A DNA stretch of 55,987 nt from a virus. The translations under genes and the position numbers were made by a program. The stretch is from IMG/VR virus record IMGVR_UViG_3300023106_000004, positions 1 through 55,987 of that record; one strand, written 5' to 3'. Each line of letters begins with the position of its first letter. Positions within the stretch are counted from its first letter, which is position 1. The notes under the pieces were generated by a model, which was not told where the DNA came from, ran no database searches, and worked only from the letters and a program-made list of their open reading frames with translations. Shown here piece by piece: positions 17,473-24,496 of the stretch.

Positions 17473-19820
17473 TGTTTGAAAACATACCCACAGAAATGAG
17501 GGGTTTTCAGGCATGGGTGTTGTGGCGAAAAGAGGATACCGAAACCGGTAGACCTACTAAAGTTCCATACTCAATTACTGGTTACCCTGCTAGCCCTACA
17601 GATAGTGCAACTTGGACAACGTATGACAAAGTTGTGCAAGCCTATTTTGATAATCACACTTTGTATTCAGGCATAGGCTTTGTACTGTCAGATAATGACC
17701 CGTATACATTTATTGACTTAGATCAACCGAAAAACCCGGATGGTAGCCCGCTGGACCCCGCCGAATACGATAAACGTATGAAGCGCCAGCATGACATTTA
17801 CAACGCATTCGATAGCTATGCAGAGTTGTCGCCTAGTGGTGTAGGTTTGCACATTATTGTTAAAGGTAGTGTATCGAGTGGCCGTAAGCGTTCAAGCGTA
17901 GAGGTTTACAGTAATCAACGCTTTATGACAATGACGGGTAATGTCTATCGCAAAGCGCCAATTAATGAATACAACGAACTGATTAATTCACTGTGGGCAG
18001 AAATGGGCAAAGGGCAGGCCGGAATTCTGGCGTATGCCGGCCTGGATCAAGCGCCATTGTCACCGGATGAGGTCTACCGGTTAGCCTGTACGGCAAGTAA
18101 TGGCGAAAAGTTCACAGACTTATTTAATGATGGCAATTGGCAAAAATACTACCCTAGTCAATCTGAAGCCGACTTTGCAGTAATCGATATTCTTGCATTC
18201 TATTCAAAAAATAGAGCACAAGTTAAGATGATGTTTTTGGCATCTAAACTTGCACAGCGAGAAAAGTCACGCGCTAGCTATCGCATCAATTATATGTTAA
18301 ATCGTTGTTTCGATAACATGCTACCACCTGTAGATTTTGAAGGTTTGCGCGATCAAGTTCAAGCGGCAATTCTAAAAGCACAGGCTAAACCTAAAGCAAT
18401 TGAAATCAATGACGAAAAAGAATATCTTAATCTTGCCAAACCTCAATTACTATCTACAACGTTAGATTCTGTTTATAGTCCGCCGCCTGGATTGCTAGGC
18501 GACATTGCACAATACATTTATGCGCAAGCGCCTATCCCTGTAGCGGAAATCGCACTAGCTGGTGCAATCGGTTTAATGTCGGGTATCTGTGGGAAAGCGT
18601 TTAATATTTCAGGTACAGGATTGAACCAATATACATTGTTGTTAGCTGCAACCGGAACCGGTAAGGAGTCAGCCGCCGCAGGTATCGGTAAGCTGATGAC
18701 TGAAGTTATTAAGCTGGTTCCTACAGCTGCTGAATTTATGGGGCCTAGCACAATCTCTAGCCCGCAAGCATTGAACAAAGCGTTAATGCAAACGCCTAGT
18801 ATCATTTCAATGGTTGGTGAATTCGGATTGCACTTGCGGCAAATGGGGTCCGACAATGCTAGTCCGCACATGATTGGTTTGAAGTCAATGATTCTTGACT
18901 TATATAACAAATCTGGTGAAGGTGCAAAGCTTGGCGGTATGATCTATTCGGATAAAGAAAAGAACACTGCCGTTATTTCAGCACCAGCGTTTAGCATCTT
19001 TGGCGAAACTGCACCGGAACCGTTTTATGAAGCGTTAACCGAATCCATGATTAGTGGCGGTTTGTTGCCACGTTTTACGATCATTGAATATCATGGTGAT
19101 CGTAAACTAATGAATAAGGGTGCTGGTTCGGTAAAGCCTTCTAGTGAACTGGTGCAAAGCTTGTCTACCCTGTGTGCATCGGCTTTGGGTCTGGTGCATC
19201 AAAAGCGAGTGATTCACTTGCAGACAACACCACAAGCCGAAAAGATTTTGGATGCGTTCGCTCTACATGCCCACAATAACATTATTGGTTCGATGGAACT
19301 TAGACGCCAGTTGTGGAATCGAGCACATATTAAAGTGCTGAAGCTGGCCGCATTGGTAGCTATTGGAGTTAACCAGTTTCATCCTACCATTGATGAAGTA
19401 GCGGCAAATTGGGCCATTCGTATCGTTGAGACTGATGTTAAAAATATGCTTGGTAGGTTTGAAGATGGCGAAGTGGGATTGAACAATGGTGAAAACAAAC
19501 AATTGAATGTTGTTTGCTCAGCTATCAAAAAATTCCTAACGTCACCTTTTAGCGATGTGGAAAAGTCTAGCGGTGGTGAAAAGGCTAGAGCGTTGCATTC
19601 TGAACGCATCGTACCCTACAGCTTTTTGCAACGTTCTACCGCCAGCAATGCGGCGTTCAAGAATGACAAGATTGGCGCGAGTAGTGCACTAAAACGTACC
19701 ATCAAAATTCTGGTTGATCGTGGTGACTTGCAAGTAATGATGCGGGCCGATCTTATGAAAAAATTTGGTACAGGTGCTGAAGCCTACGCGATAGGGTCTA
19801 CTGTAGCTTTTGGATTGTAA
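17472..19820 (+). CDS. bifunctional primase-polymerase / DUF3987-type helicase
   Basis: N-terminal prim-pol pattern (KVPY...SATWTTYDKV...GIGFVL...FIDLD); PriCT-like SQSEADFAVIDILAFYS; central P-loop region LLAATGTGKES. Confidence 0.8.
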   Translation: MFENIPTEMRGFQAWVLWRKEDTETGRPTKVPYSITGYPASPTDSATWTTYDKVVQAYFDNHTLYSGIGFVLSDNDPYTFIDLDQPKNPDGSPLDPAEYDKRMKRQHDIYNAFDSYAELSPSGVGLHIIVKGSVSSGRKRSSVEVYSNQRFMTMTGNVYRKAPINEYNELINSLWAEMGKGQAGILAYAGLDQAPLSPDEVYRLACTASNGEKFTDLFNDGNWQKYYPSQSEADFAVIDILAFYSKNRAQVKMMFLASKLAQREKSRASYRINYMLNRCFDNMLPPVDFEGLRDQVQAAILKAQAKPKAIEINDEKEYLNLAKPQLLSTTLDSVYSPPPGLLGDIAQYIYAQAPIPVAEIALAGAIGLMSGICGKAFNISGTGLNQYTLLLAATGTGKESAAAGIGKLMTEVIKLVPTAAEFMGPSTISSPQALNKALMQTPSIISMVGEFGLHLRQMGSDNASPHMIGLKSMILDLYNKSGEGAKLGGMIYSDKEKNTAVISAPAFSIFGETAPEPFYEALTESMISGGLLPRFTIIEYHGDRKLMNKGAGSVKPSSELVQSLSTLCASALGLVHQKRVIHLQTTPQAEKILDAFALHAHNNIIGSMELRRQLWNRAHIKVLKLAALVAIGVNQFHPTIDEVAANWAIRIVETDVKNMLGRFEDGEVGLNNGENKQLNVVCSAIKKFLTSPFSDVEKSSGGEKARALHSERIVPYSFLQRSTASNAAFKNDKIGASSALKRTIKILVDRGDLQVMMRADLMKKFGTGAEAYAIGSTVAFGL

Positions 19821-19827
19821 AAATAAA

Positions 19828-20475
19828 ATGAAACCTGTTGCTATTTTTCTATGCGATAAAACTGGACACATGGCGGAACCATGGGAACAAGCCGGTTATG
19901 AATCTATCCTAGTTGACCCACAACACCCTAAAGGGGTTTGGTCTGGTGCGGTAAGAACTAAAGTTGGTGCAACAATTCTTGACTGTATGAGCTATCTTGG
20001 AAAAGTCATACGAACGCGCCAGGTAGCTTTTGTTTTTGGTTTTCCACCCTGCACAGACGTTGCGGTAAGCGGTAGCCGGTGGTTTGAAGATAAGGCAAAG
20101 CTGGATAAACACTTTCAAGCTAAGGCTGCGCTAGTGGCGGAACAGTGCCGTACTGTGGGTATGCTGTCGGGTGCGCCGTGGGGTTTTGAGAATCCTGTTA
20201 GCGTGTTTAGTAGCATCTTTGGAAAGCCTAACCATAGCTTTGACCCTATGGACTACACACTACATTGTGCGGATGACAACTATTACAAAAAAACGTGCGT
20301 TTGGTCCGGTAACGGTTTCAAGATGCCCATGATTGCTAGAGACTATACGTTAGGTGCACCAGACGAAAGAATCCACACTGCCGCGCCTGGTCCTGAGCGT
20401 GCAAACTTCAGAAGCGCAACACCTAGAGGTTTTGCAATCGCAACTTTTTTAGCTAACCAGTTGCACAAACCATAA
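19828..20475 (+). CDS. short C5-cytosine DNA methyltransferase-like protein (215 aa)
   Basis: GFPPCTDVAVSG resembles motif IV GFPCQxFSxAG; WGFENPV resembles motif VI ENV; RSATPRGFA resembles the C-terminal TPRE motif. The glycine-rich motif I is degenerate (FLCDKTG) and there is no room for a normal target-recognition domain. Confidence 0.5.
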   Translation: MKPVAIFLCDKTGHMAEPWEQAGYESILVDPQHPKGVWSGAVRTKVGATILDCMSYLGKVIRTRQVAFVFGFPPCTDVAVSGSRWFEDKAKLDKHFQAKAALVAEQCRTVGMLSGAPWGFENPVSVFSSIFGKPNHSFDPMDYTLHCADDNYYKKTCVWSGNGFKMPMIARDYTLGAPDERIHTAAPGPERANFRSATPRGFAIATFLANQLHKP

Positions 20476-20513
20476 TTCTATGTAGAATAGAGACTTCTTA
20501 ATTAGGAGCTAAC

Positions 20514-20636
20514 ATGCAAAATTCAGTTGAACAATTCGCTATCGATCTTGCAGCCGCCGAGTGGGTTCCAGTAGAAGGACAAGACGCCACACTGTATGAT
20601 TCGTTGGTTGCAGCGGAACAAGCAAAGCAAGACTAA
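20514..20636 (+). CDS. hypothetical protein (40 aa)
   Basis: AGGAG 6 nt upstream of the ATG; followed directly by a terminator; translation MQNSVEQFAIDLAAAEWVPVEG... Confidence 0.45.
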   Translation: MQNSVEQFAIDLAAAEWVPVEGQDATLYDSLVAAEQAKQD

Positions 20637-20642
20637 CAACTA

Positions 20643-20662
20643 AGCCCTTCGGGGCTTTTTCT
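20643..20662 (+). terminator. rho-independent terminator
   Basis: AGCCC-TTCG-GGGCT followed by TTTTT. Confidence 0.6.
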
Positions 20663-20700
20663 TCGCTTGTTGACCGTTACATATTTTTACATATTTATAA

Positions 20701-20745
20701 TTGCAAAGCTAAAATTCTTTGCTATAATTGAGTCACACCGACCGA
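20701..20745 (+). promoter_or_regulatory. early promoter, family member 1 (TTGCAA-16-TGCTATAAT) plus conserved leader
   Basis: -35 at 20701..20706; extended -10 TGCTATAAT ending at 20728; leader TGAGTCACACCGACCGAAAG shared with 23731, 26408 and 32870. Confidence 0.5.
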
Positions 20746-20754
20746 AAGACGAAA

Positions 20755-20901
20755 ATGCGCTACTTCAAAATTGAAATGACTGATGCTAACGGCAACAAGA
20801 CTCTTAGTGATCCAATTTGCAAGTGGACTGACGCAGAAATGTATCGTCGTGAAGTGTTGGAAAATGGCCTGGTTGTTGTTGCAATTTTGTTGTCCTACTA
20901 A
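20755..20901 (+). CDS. hypothetical protein (48 aa)
   Basis: First ATG after the promoter/leader; translation MRYFKIEMTDANGNKTLSDPICKW...; the track ORF 20783..20968 in another frame is less plausible. Confidence 0.45.
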   Translation: MRYFKIEMTDANGNKTLSDPICKWTDAEMYRREVLENGLVVVAILLSY

Positions 20902-20910
20902 AAACAGTGC

Positions 20911-20955
20911 TTGTAGTTCGTCAATTCTTAGCTATAATTCAATCATCGCAACAAG
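20911..20955 (+). promoter_or_regulatory. early promoter, weaker family member (TTGTAG-16-TATAAT)
   Basis: AGCTATAATTCAATCATCGCAAC at 20931; precedes the ATG at 20965. Confidence 0.4.
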
Positions 20956-20964
20956 GAATCTAAA

Positions 20965-21147
20965 ATGAACTACGAAACTGCAAAACAAAATATGGCTAAC
21001 GAAATGTCACGTTTGAAAGCATATTTTCCTTTTCGTATTGTTTGGGGTGCTATCCGCGAAGATGGTACATATGAAGTTGGTGCAACACCTACAAAGCGAC
21101 AAATCAACGATTTGATGCGCAAGGGTTATGCAGGTTTCATTATTTAA
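20965..21147 (+). CDS. hypothetical protein (60 aa)
   Basis: Track ORF lying behind a promoter-like element. Confidence 0.55.
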   Translation: MNYETAKQNMANEMSRLKAYFPFRIVWGAIREDGTYEVGATPTKRQINDLMRKGYAGFII

Positions 21148-21156
21148 GGATTTATT

Positions 21157-21330
21157 ATGTACGTTTTTAGCAACAAACTAATGTCAAATGACGGCAAACA
21201 AATTGCAGAATTTTCTAGCCATTGGGCTGCTGTTGCTGCTATGATTCGTCAAACTGATCCTGAATTTAAATCTTTAAGTGCAGATAAGCCTGAAGATTTG
21301 AAGATTGAACTGAAATTGAAGGCTAAGTAA
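21157..21330 (+). CDS. hypothetical protein (57 aa)
   Basis: ATG at 21157; the stop abuts the next ATG at 21331. Confidence 0.5.
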   Translation: MYVFSNKLMSNDGKQIAEFSSHWAAVAAMIRQTDPEFKSLSADKPEDLKIELKLKAK

Positions 21331-21600
21331 ATGACAACCCTATCATTCGACACCACAGTTCTAGGCGGTTTGCCTGTAACTATTGATTGTTATGTGTGTG
21401 GACCTGATGAAGACGTAGGAATTTTTGGATACTACGTTGAAAGTTGGGAAATTACACACATTAACGATAGAAAAGTTAAGAAAACACCCAATTGGCTTTA
21501 CAATCGAATTGAAGCTAAAAAGGGCGAAGAAGAACGGATTCGTGACAAACTTAACGACCTAGTTTCTAACTATCAACCGGAACCATACGAATATGAATAA
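21331..21600 (+). CDS. hypothetical protein (89 aa)
   Basis: Track ORF, tightly packed in the operon. Confidence 0.6.
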   Translation: MTTLSFDTTVLGGLPVTIDCYVCGPDEDVGIFGYYVESWEITHINDRKVKKTPNWLYNRIEAKKGEEERIRDKLNDLVSNYQPEPYEYE

Positions 21601-21748
21601 GTACAAAGTCACATTTTCTAATGGCAATAGCTGCACATTAGATGCATGCACAGAATTCGGTGCATTTTGCGATGCTATCGAGTGGTTTCTAGAAATAGGT
21701 GTGCATGTTTCAAAGTCTAATTTTACAATTCAACAGGTGCAACAATGA
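21593..21748 (+). CDS. hypothetical protein (51 aa)
   Basis: The ATG overlaps the upstream stop region and the stop overlaps the next ATG (ATGA). Confidence 0.45.
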   Translation: MNKYKVTFSNGNSCTLDACTEFGAFCDAIEWFLEIGVHVSKSNFTIQQVQQ

Positions 21749-21957
21749 CAATCAAAACTTACAAATTTGCTGACGGTAAATATGAATTTGATCGTGATAC
21801 AGATACAAGTTTTATACTTAATTGTCGGCGTAATGGTGAAGATTGGCCCGCAGGCATTCATGGATTTCAACATAACAATTGCGTGCATGCTATGCTAAAC
21901 TATATTGATGAACTTGAAGAACAATTGAAAGCTGCGCGTGGCTCGAATCAGAACTAA
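21745..21957 (+). CDS. hypothetical protein (70 aa)
   Basis: Track ORF. Confidence 0.6.
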   Translation: MTIKTYKFADGKYEFDRDTDTSFILNCRRNGEDWPAGIHGFQHNNCVHAMLNYIDELEEQLKAARGSNQN

Positions 21958-22663
21958 ATACAAAATCATTGCATCATTGATTGTTGGTGCTGCATTGTTC
22001 GCTATTGCTGAATCTGTAATTATGCCTGTACCCACAGTGAAGGCTGATTATTATGGTTCAATGGTTGCGCCCGATTCGTCAATTCATGTACCTGTTGACA
22101 TTAAAAAGGGATGCAAGATTGCAGCCTTTGGGGTAGCCCCCTGGCTAGCCCCTGGTGCTGTGCGTAGCCCCGCCTGGGAAGTTGCAACGCAAAAGGCACT
22201 ACTAGGTATGGGCGTACCCGTAGAAGCCGCACAGCGGGCGATTGTGGCCCTGCGCTCGGGGTCTGGTGGCTCACCTGTGGGCATGTCAGACAGCCATGGC
22301 GTATCCACAATTGATAATGTAATTTATTACCCTACTTTTAATACAACATATAAGATTGCGGAAAGGTATGCAGTTTGCAATGAATCTAGAACTAATTTCG
22401 GCAATAATCAACGGCAAGAATATGCAATTGTTTATAGAGTAACCGATGCGTCTGGTTATGTGTGGCATGTAGGGGAATTTTTGGCATGCGGTAATGTGTC
22501 GTTATTTAGTCCTGCACCTAAAGGATGGATGCCGGGTGATGGCACACCTAACGGTAATGGTTCAGGTGCTGGAATTAGCAATGTGCCTGAACCTAGTAGC
22601 TGGACACTATTTCTAGCCGCATTGGTTGTTATGTTATATATTGTTTGGAGAAAACGAAAATGA
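21938..22663 (+). CDS. secreted protein with C-terminal PEP-CTERM (exosortase) sorting signal
   Basis: GTG start; N-terminal signal-like KIIASLIVGAALFAIAESV; C-terminus VPEPSSWTLFLAALVVMLYIVWRKRK gives the PEP motif, a TM helix and a basic cluster (nt 22583..22660). Confidence 0.7.
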   Translation: MARIRTKYKIIASLIVGAALFAIAESVIMPVPTVKADYYGSMVAPDSSIHVPVDIKKGCKIAAFGVAPWLAPGAVRSPAWEVATQKALLGMGVPVEAAQRAIVALRSGSGGSPVGMSDSHGVSTIDNVIYYPTFNTTYKIAERYAVCNESRTNFGNNQRQEYAIVYRVTDASGYVWHVGEFLACGNVSLFSPAPKGWMPGDGTPNGNGSGAGISNVPEPSSWTLFLAALVVMLYIVWRKRK

Positions 22664-22851
22664 GTAATGAACCTACTATATTTGATCAAACTGTAAATTT
22701 TCTTAATACGAATCAACGTTTGGCACTAATTGAAGCTGCAAAAGCTTTTCTTAAATCTGAATCAATCGCAGCGGGTTCTATTATTTCTAATGATTTGTGC
22801 ATCATTGTTGGCACTAAAGAACAGTGTGCACAATTTGCAAAGTATTTGTAA
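22660..22851 (+). CDS. hypothetical protein (63 aa)
   Basis: ATGA overlap with the upstream stop. Confidence 0.55.
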   Translation: MSNEPTIFDQTVNFLNTNQRLALIEAAKAFLKSESIAAGSIISNDLCIIVGTKEQCAQFAKYL

Positions 22852-22928
22852 AACTTACCGATCTAAAATATACTTCTCATGTGTGACGTTTTGCCTTGTA
22901 AAATCCGCAAAACTCATGTAAGACAAGT

Positions 22929-23204
22929 ATGTTTTTCCATCTACAGCCCACTCGGCTAACAATTCGCATCTATAAGAATGAAGGTGGCTATGAAAGGCGC
23001 GAACCGTTTATTGGTACAGCACAAGTTGACCTAAAAAGTAATGGTGAAGCTTTTATACATGCAATGCATAATCGTGAACCATTGAAGCCAAACACGTTTA
23101 GAAAAGTTGCAATGGCACTTGCTAAAGAATATGGTGTAACATCCATCAAATGGGAACACAGTGGCAAAGATCAAGAATTTGAGACTAAGCCTGCTGATCT
23201 TTAA
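22929..23204 (+). CDS. hypothetical protein (91 aa)
   Basis: Track ORF. Confidence 0.5.
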   Translation: MFFHLQPTRLTIRIYKNEGGYERREPFIGTAQVDLKSNGEAFIHAMHNREPLKPNTFRKVAMALAKEYGVTSIKWEHSGKDQEFETKPADL

Positions 23205-23249
23205 TCTAATCCCCACTAACACCTAACTAACCCCCTTGCCGGGAAGACC

Positions 23250-23585
23250 ATGACTACTTTCACACTGAAGCGCCCCTGGCCGACCCCGGCAGATAACGAG
23301 TCTGCGCAGGCCTGCACATGCACGGAATATCCGCACTCCATGGAATGCGGCATGCCCTCGCTCTACGAGTTCACGGGCGACATCAAGCATGCGAACACGC
23401 TGCTCATCCCTGTGCAACGCCTGCGGAACGGCCGGCGTGAGCCCATGACCTCCGAAATGCGCGGCCTGCTTATCCTCGATACCTACGGGTTGGCGGCAGT
23501 CGCCGAGCAGCCGGCATGCGTGTTGGCTGCATTTGAGAAAGGCATCTTGGCCGCTGAAGCCGAACACGGCATCCTTCCTGCCTAA
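23250..23585 (+). CDS. hypothetical protein in the G+C-rich insert (111 aa)
   Basis: GGAAG before the ATG; G/C-dominated third codon positions in this frame; co-oriented with neighbours. Confidence 0.5.
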   Translation: MTTFTLKRPWPTPADNESAQACTCTEYPHSMECGMPSLYEFTGDIKHANTLLIPVQRLRNGRREPMTSEMRGLLILDTYGLAAVAEQPACVLAAFEKGILAAEAEHGILPA

Positions 23586-23644
23586 CCCATCCCCTGCCCG
23601 AGAGGCTAGTATTGTCTAACCATATCTAACCCACTCTAAGACCA

Positions 23645-23666
23645 GACCCTACGGGGTCTTTTCTTT
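23645..23666 (+). terminator. rho-independent terminator
   Basis: GACCC-TACG-GGGTC followed by TTTTCTTT. Confidence 0.55.
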
Positions 23667-23702
23667 AACCTTTGATCGTTACAAATATTTACACATTAGC
23701 TA

Positions 23703-23747
23703 TTGTGGTTCGTTAAATGTTTGCTATAATTCATTCACACTAACCGA
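23703..23747 (+). promoter_or_regulatory. early promoter, family member 2 (TGCTATAAT) plus conserved leader
   Basis: TGCTATAAT ending at 23730; leader TCATTCACACTAACCGAAAG; ungapped 62/88 identity with 20670..20757. Confidence 0.5.
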
Positions 23748-23756
23748 AAGCAACAA

Positions 23757-24215
23757 ATGAATATGACACGAAAACCATCACCATCTACCGAAGTTGAAGC
23801 ATTCCGCGCATGGTTCGCCGAGCACGGTACTGACCCCGTGGACATGCGTGGCCGCGCTGGGCATGCGTGGCAGGCTTGGCACGCTCGCGCATGCCTCCAA
23901 CCTCAAACGGAAATGCCGGCAGAAGACGGCGCAGACCTGAGTGGCGCCGAGGTTGATACCTTGGTGGCGCTTGTCGAAGCTGGCCCGCTTTGGGATGGCG
24001 ACGTGCCCAGCAAGCGCGGCCGTGATTCGTTGATTGCGCGAGGCTGGGCGGTTCGCGTCGTTGTCAAGGGCGAAGACGGCTACACGGCGGCAACCTATGC
24101 CGGGCGCGACGTGTACACAGCCCGCTACGACAACGCCGACACGATCCGCGAAGCGACGGCCATGCGCAAGGCGCGCAGGGCACTGAATAGCGCGTCGGTC
24201 AACAGCCGCCATTAG
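23757..24215 (+). CDS. hypothetical protein in the G+C-rich insert (152 aa)
   Basis: The ATG sits at the same distance from the promoter as in cassette 1. The first ~15 codons are A+T-rich and the rest is G+C-rich with G/C third positions. Confidence 0.55.
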   Translation: MNMTRKPSPSTEVEAFRAWFAEHGTDPVDMRGRAGHAWQAWHARACLQPQTEMPAEDGADLSGAEVDTLVALVEAGPLWDGDVPSKRGRDSLIARGWAVRVVVKGEDGYTAATYAGRDVYTARYDNADTIREATAMRKARRALNSASVNSRH

Positions 24216-24237
24216 TCACCCACCCCGTCTTAACTAA

Positions 24238-24450
24238 ATGTCAAAACATACAAACATTAAAGATAGAGAAGAAGCGGCAGAATGGGCTCGCCGTTATTCT
24301 TTAGGCGGAACCACACATCACGTTAATTACATGGTGGATAAGCAATGTAATATTATTGGTTATGAAGTCAGTGATTTTTATGAGTATGATTTTTACGCAG
24401 ATATTACATACGTTAGAGGTAATCGTCAATTGTGGAAAATTCCCGGTTAG
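24238..24450 (+). CDS. hypothetical protein (70 aa)
   Basis: Track ORF. Confidence 0.55.
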   Translation: MSKHTNIKDREEAAEWARRYSLGGTTHHVNYMVDKQCNIIGYEVSDFYEYDFYADITYVRGNRQLWKIPG

Positions 24451-24460
24451 TTGATGTTAT

Positions 24461-24492
24461 GCCCACAATATTTGTTTTGTTGTGGGCTTTTT
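24461..24492 (+). terminator. rho-independent terminator whose stem is an inverted pair of the genome-wide word
   Basis: GCCCACAA (24461..24468) pairs with TTGTGGGC (24480..24487), followed by TTTTT; lies between convergent genes. Confidence 0.6.
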
Positions 24493-24496
24493 GTTG

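Noticed and set aside
23223-24212. Minus-strand ORFs 23223..23567 (114 aa) and 23778..24212 (144 aa)
   Set aside because: These are typical antisense shadow ORFs of G+C-rich DNA. The + strand frames have G/C-rich third positions and ATG starts with an RBS or the conserved promoter cassette, and they match the orientation of all neighbours.
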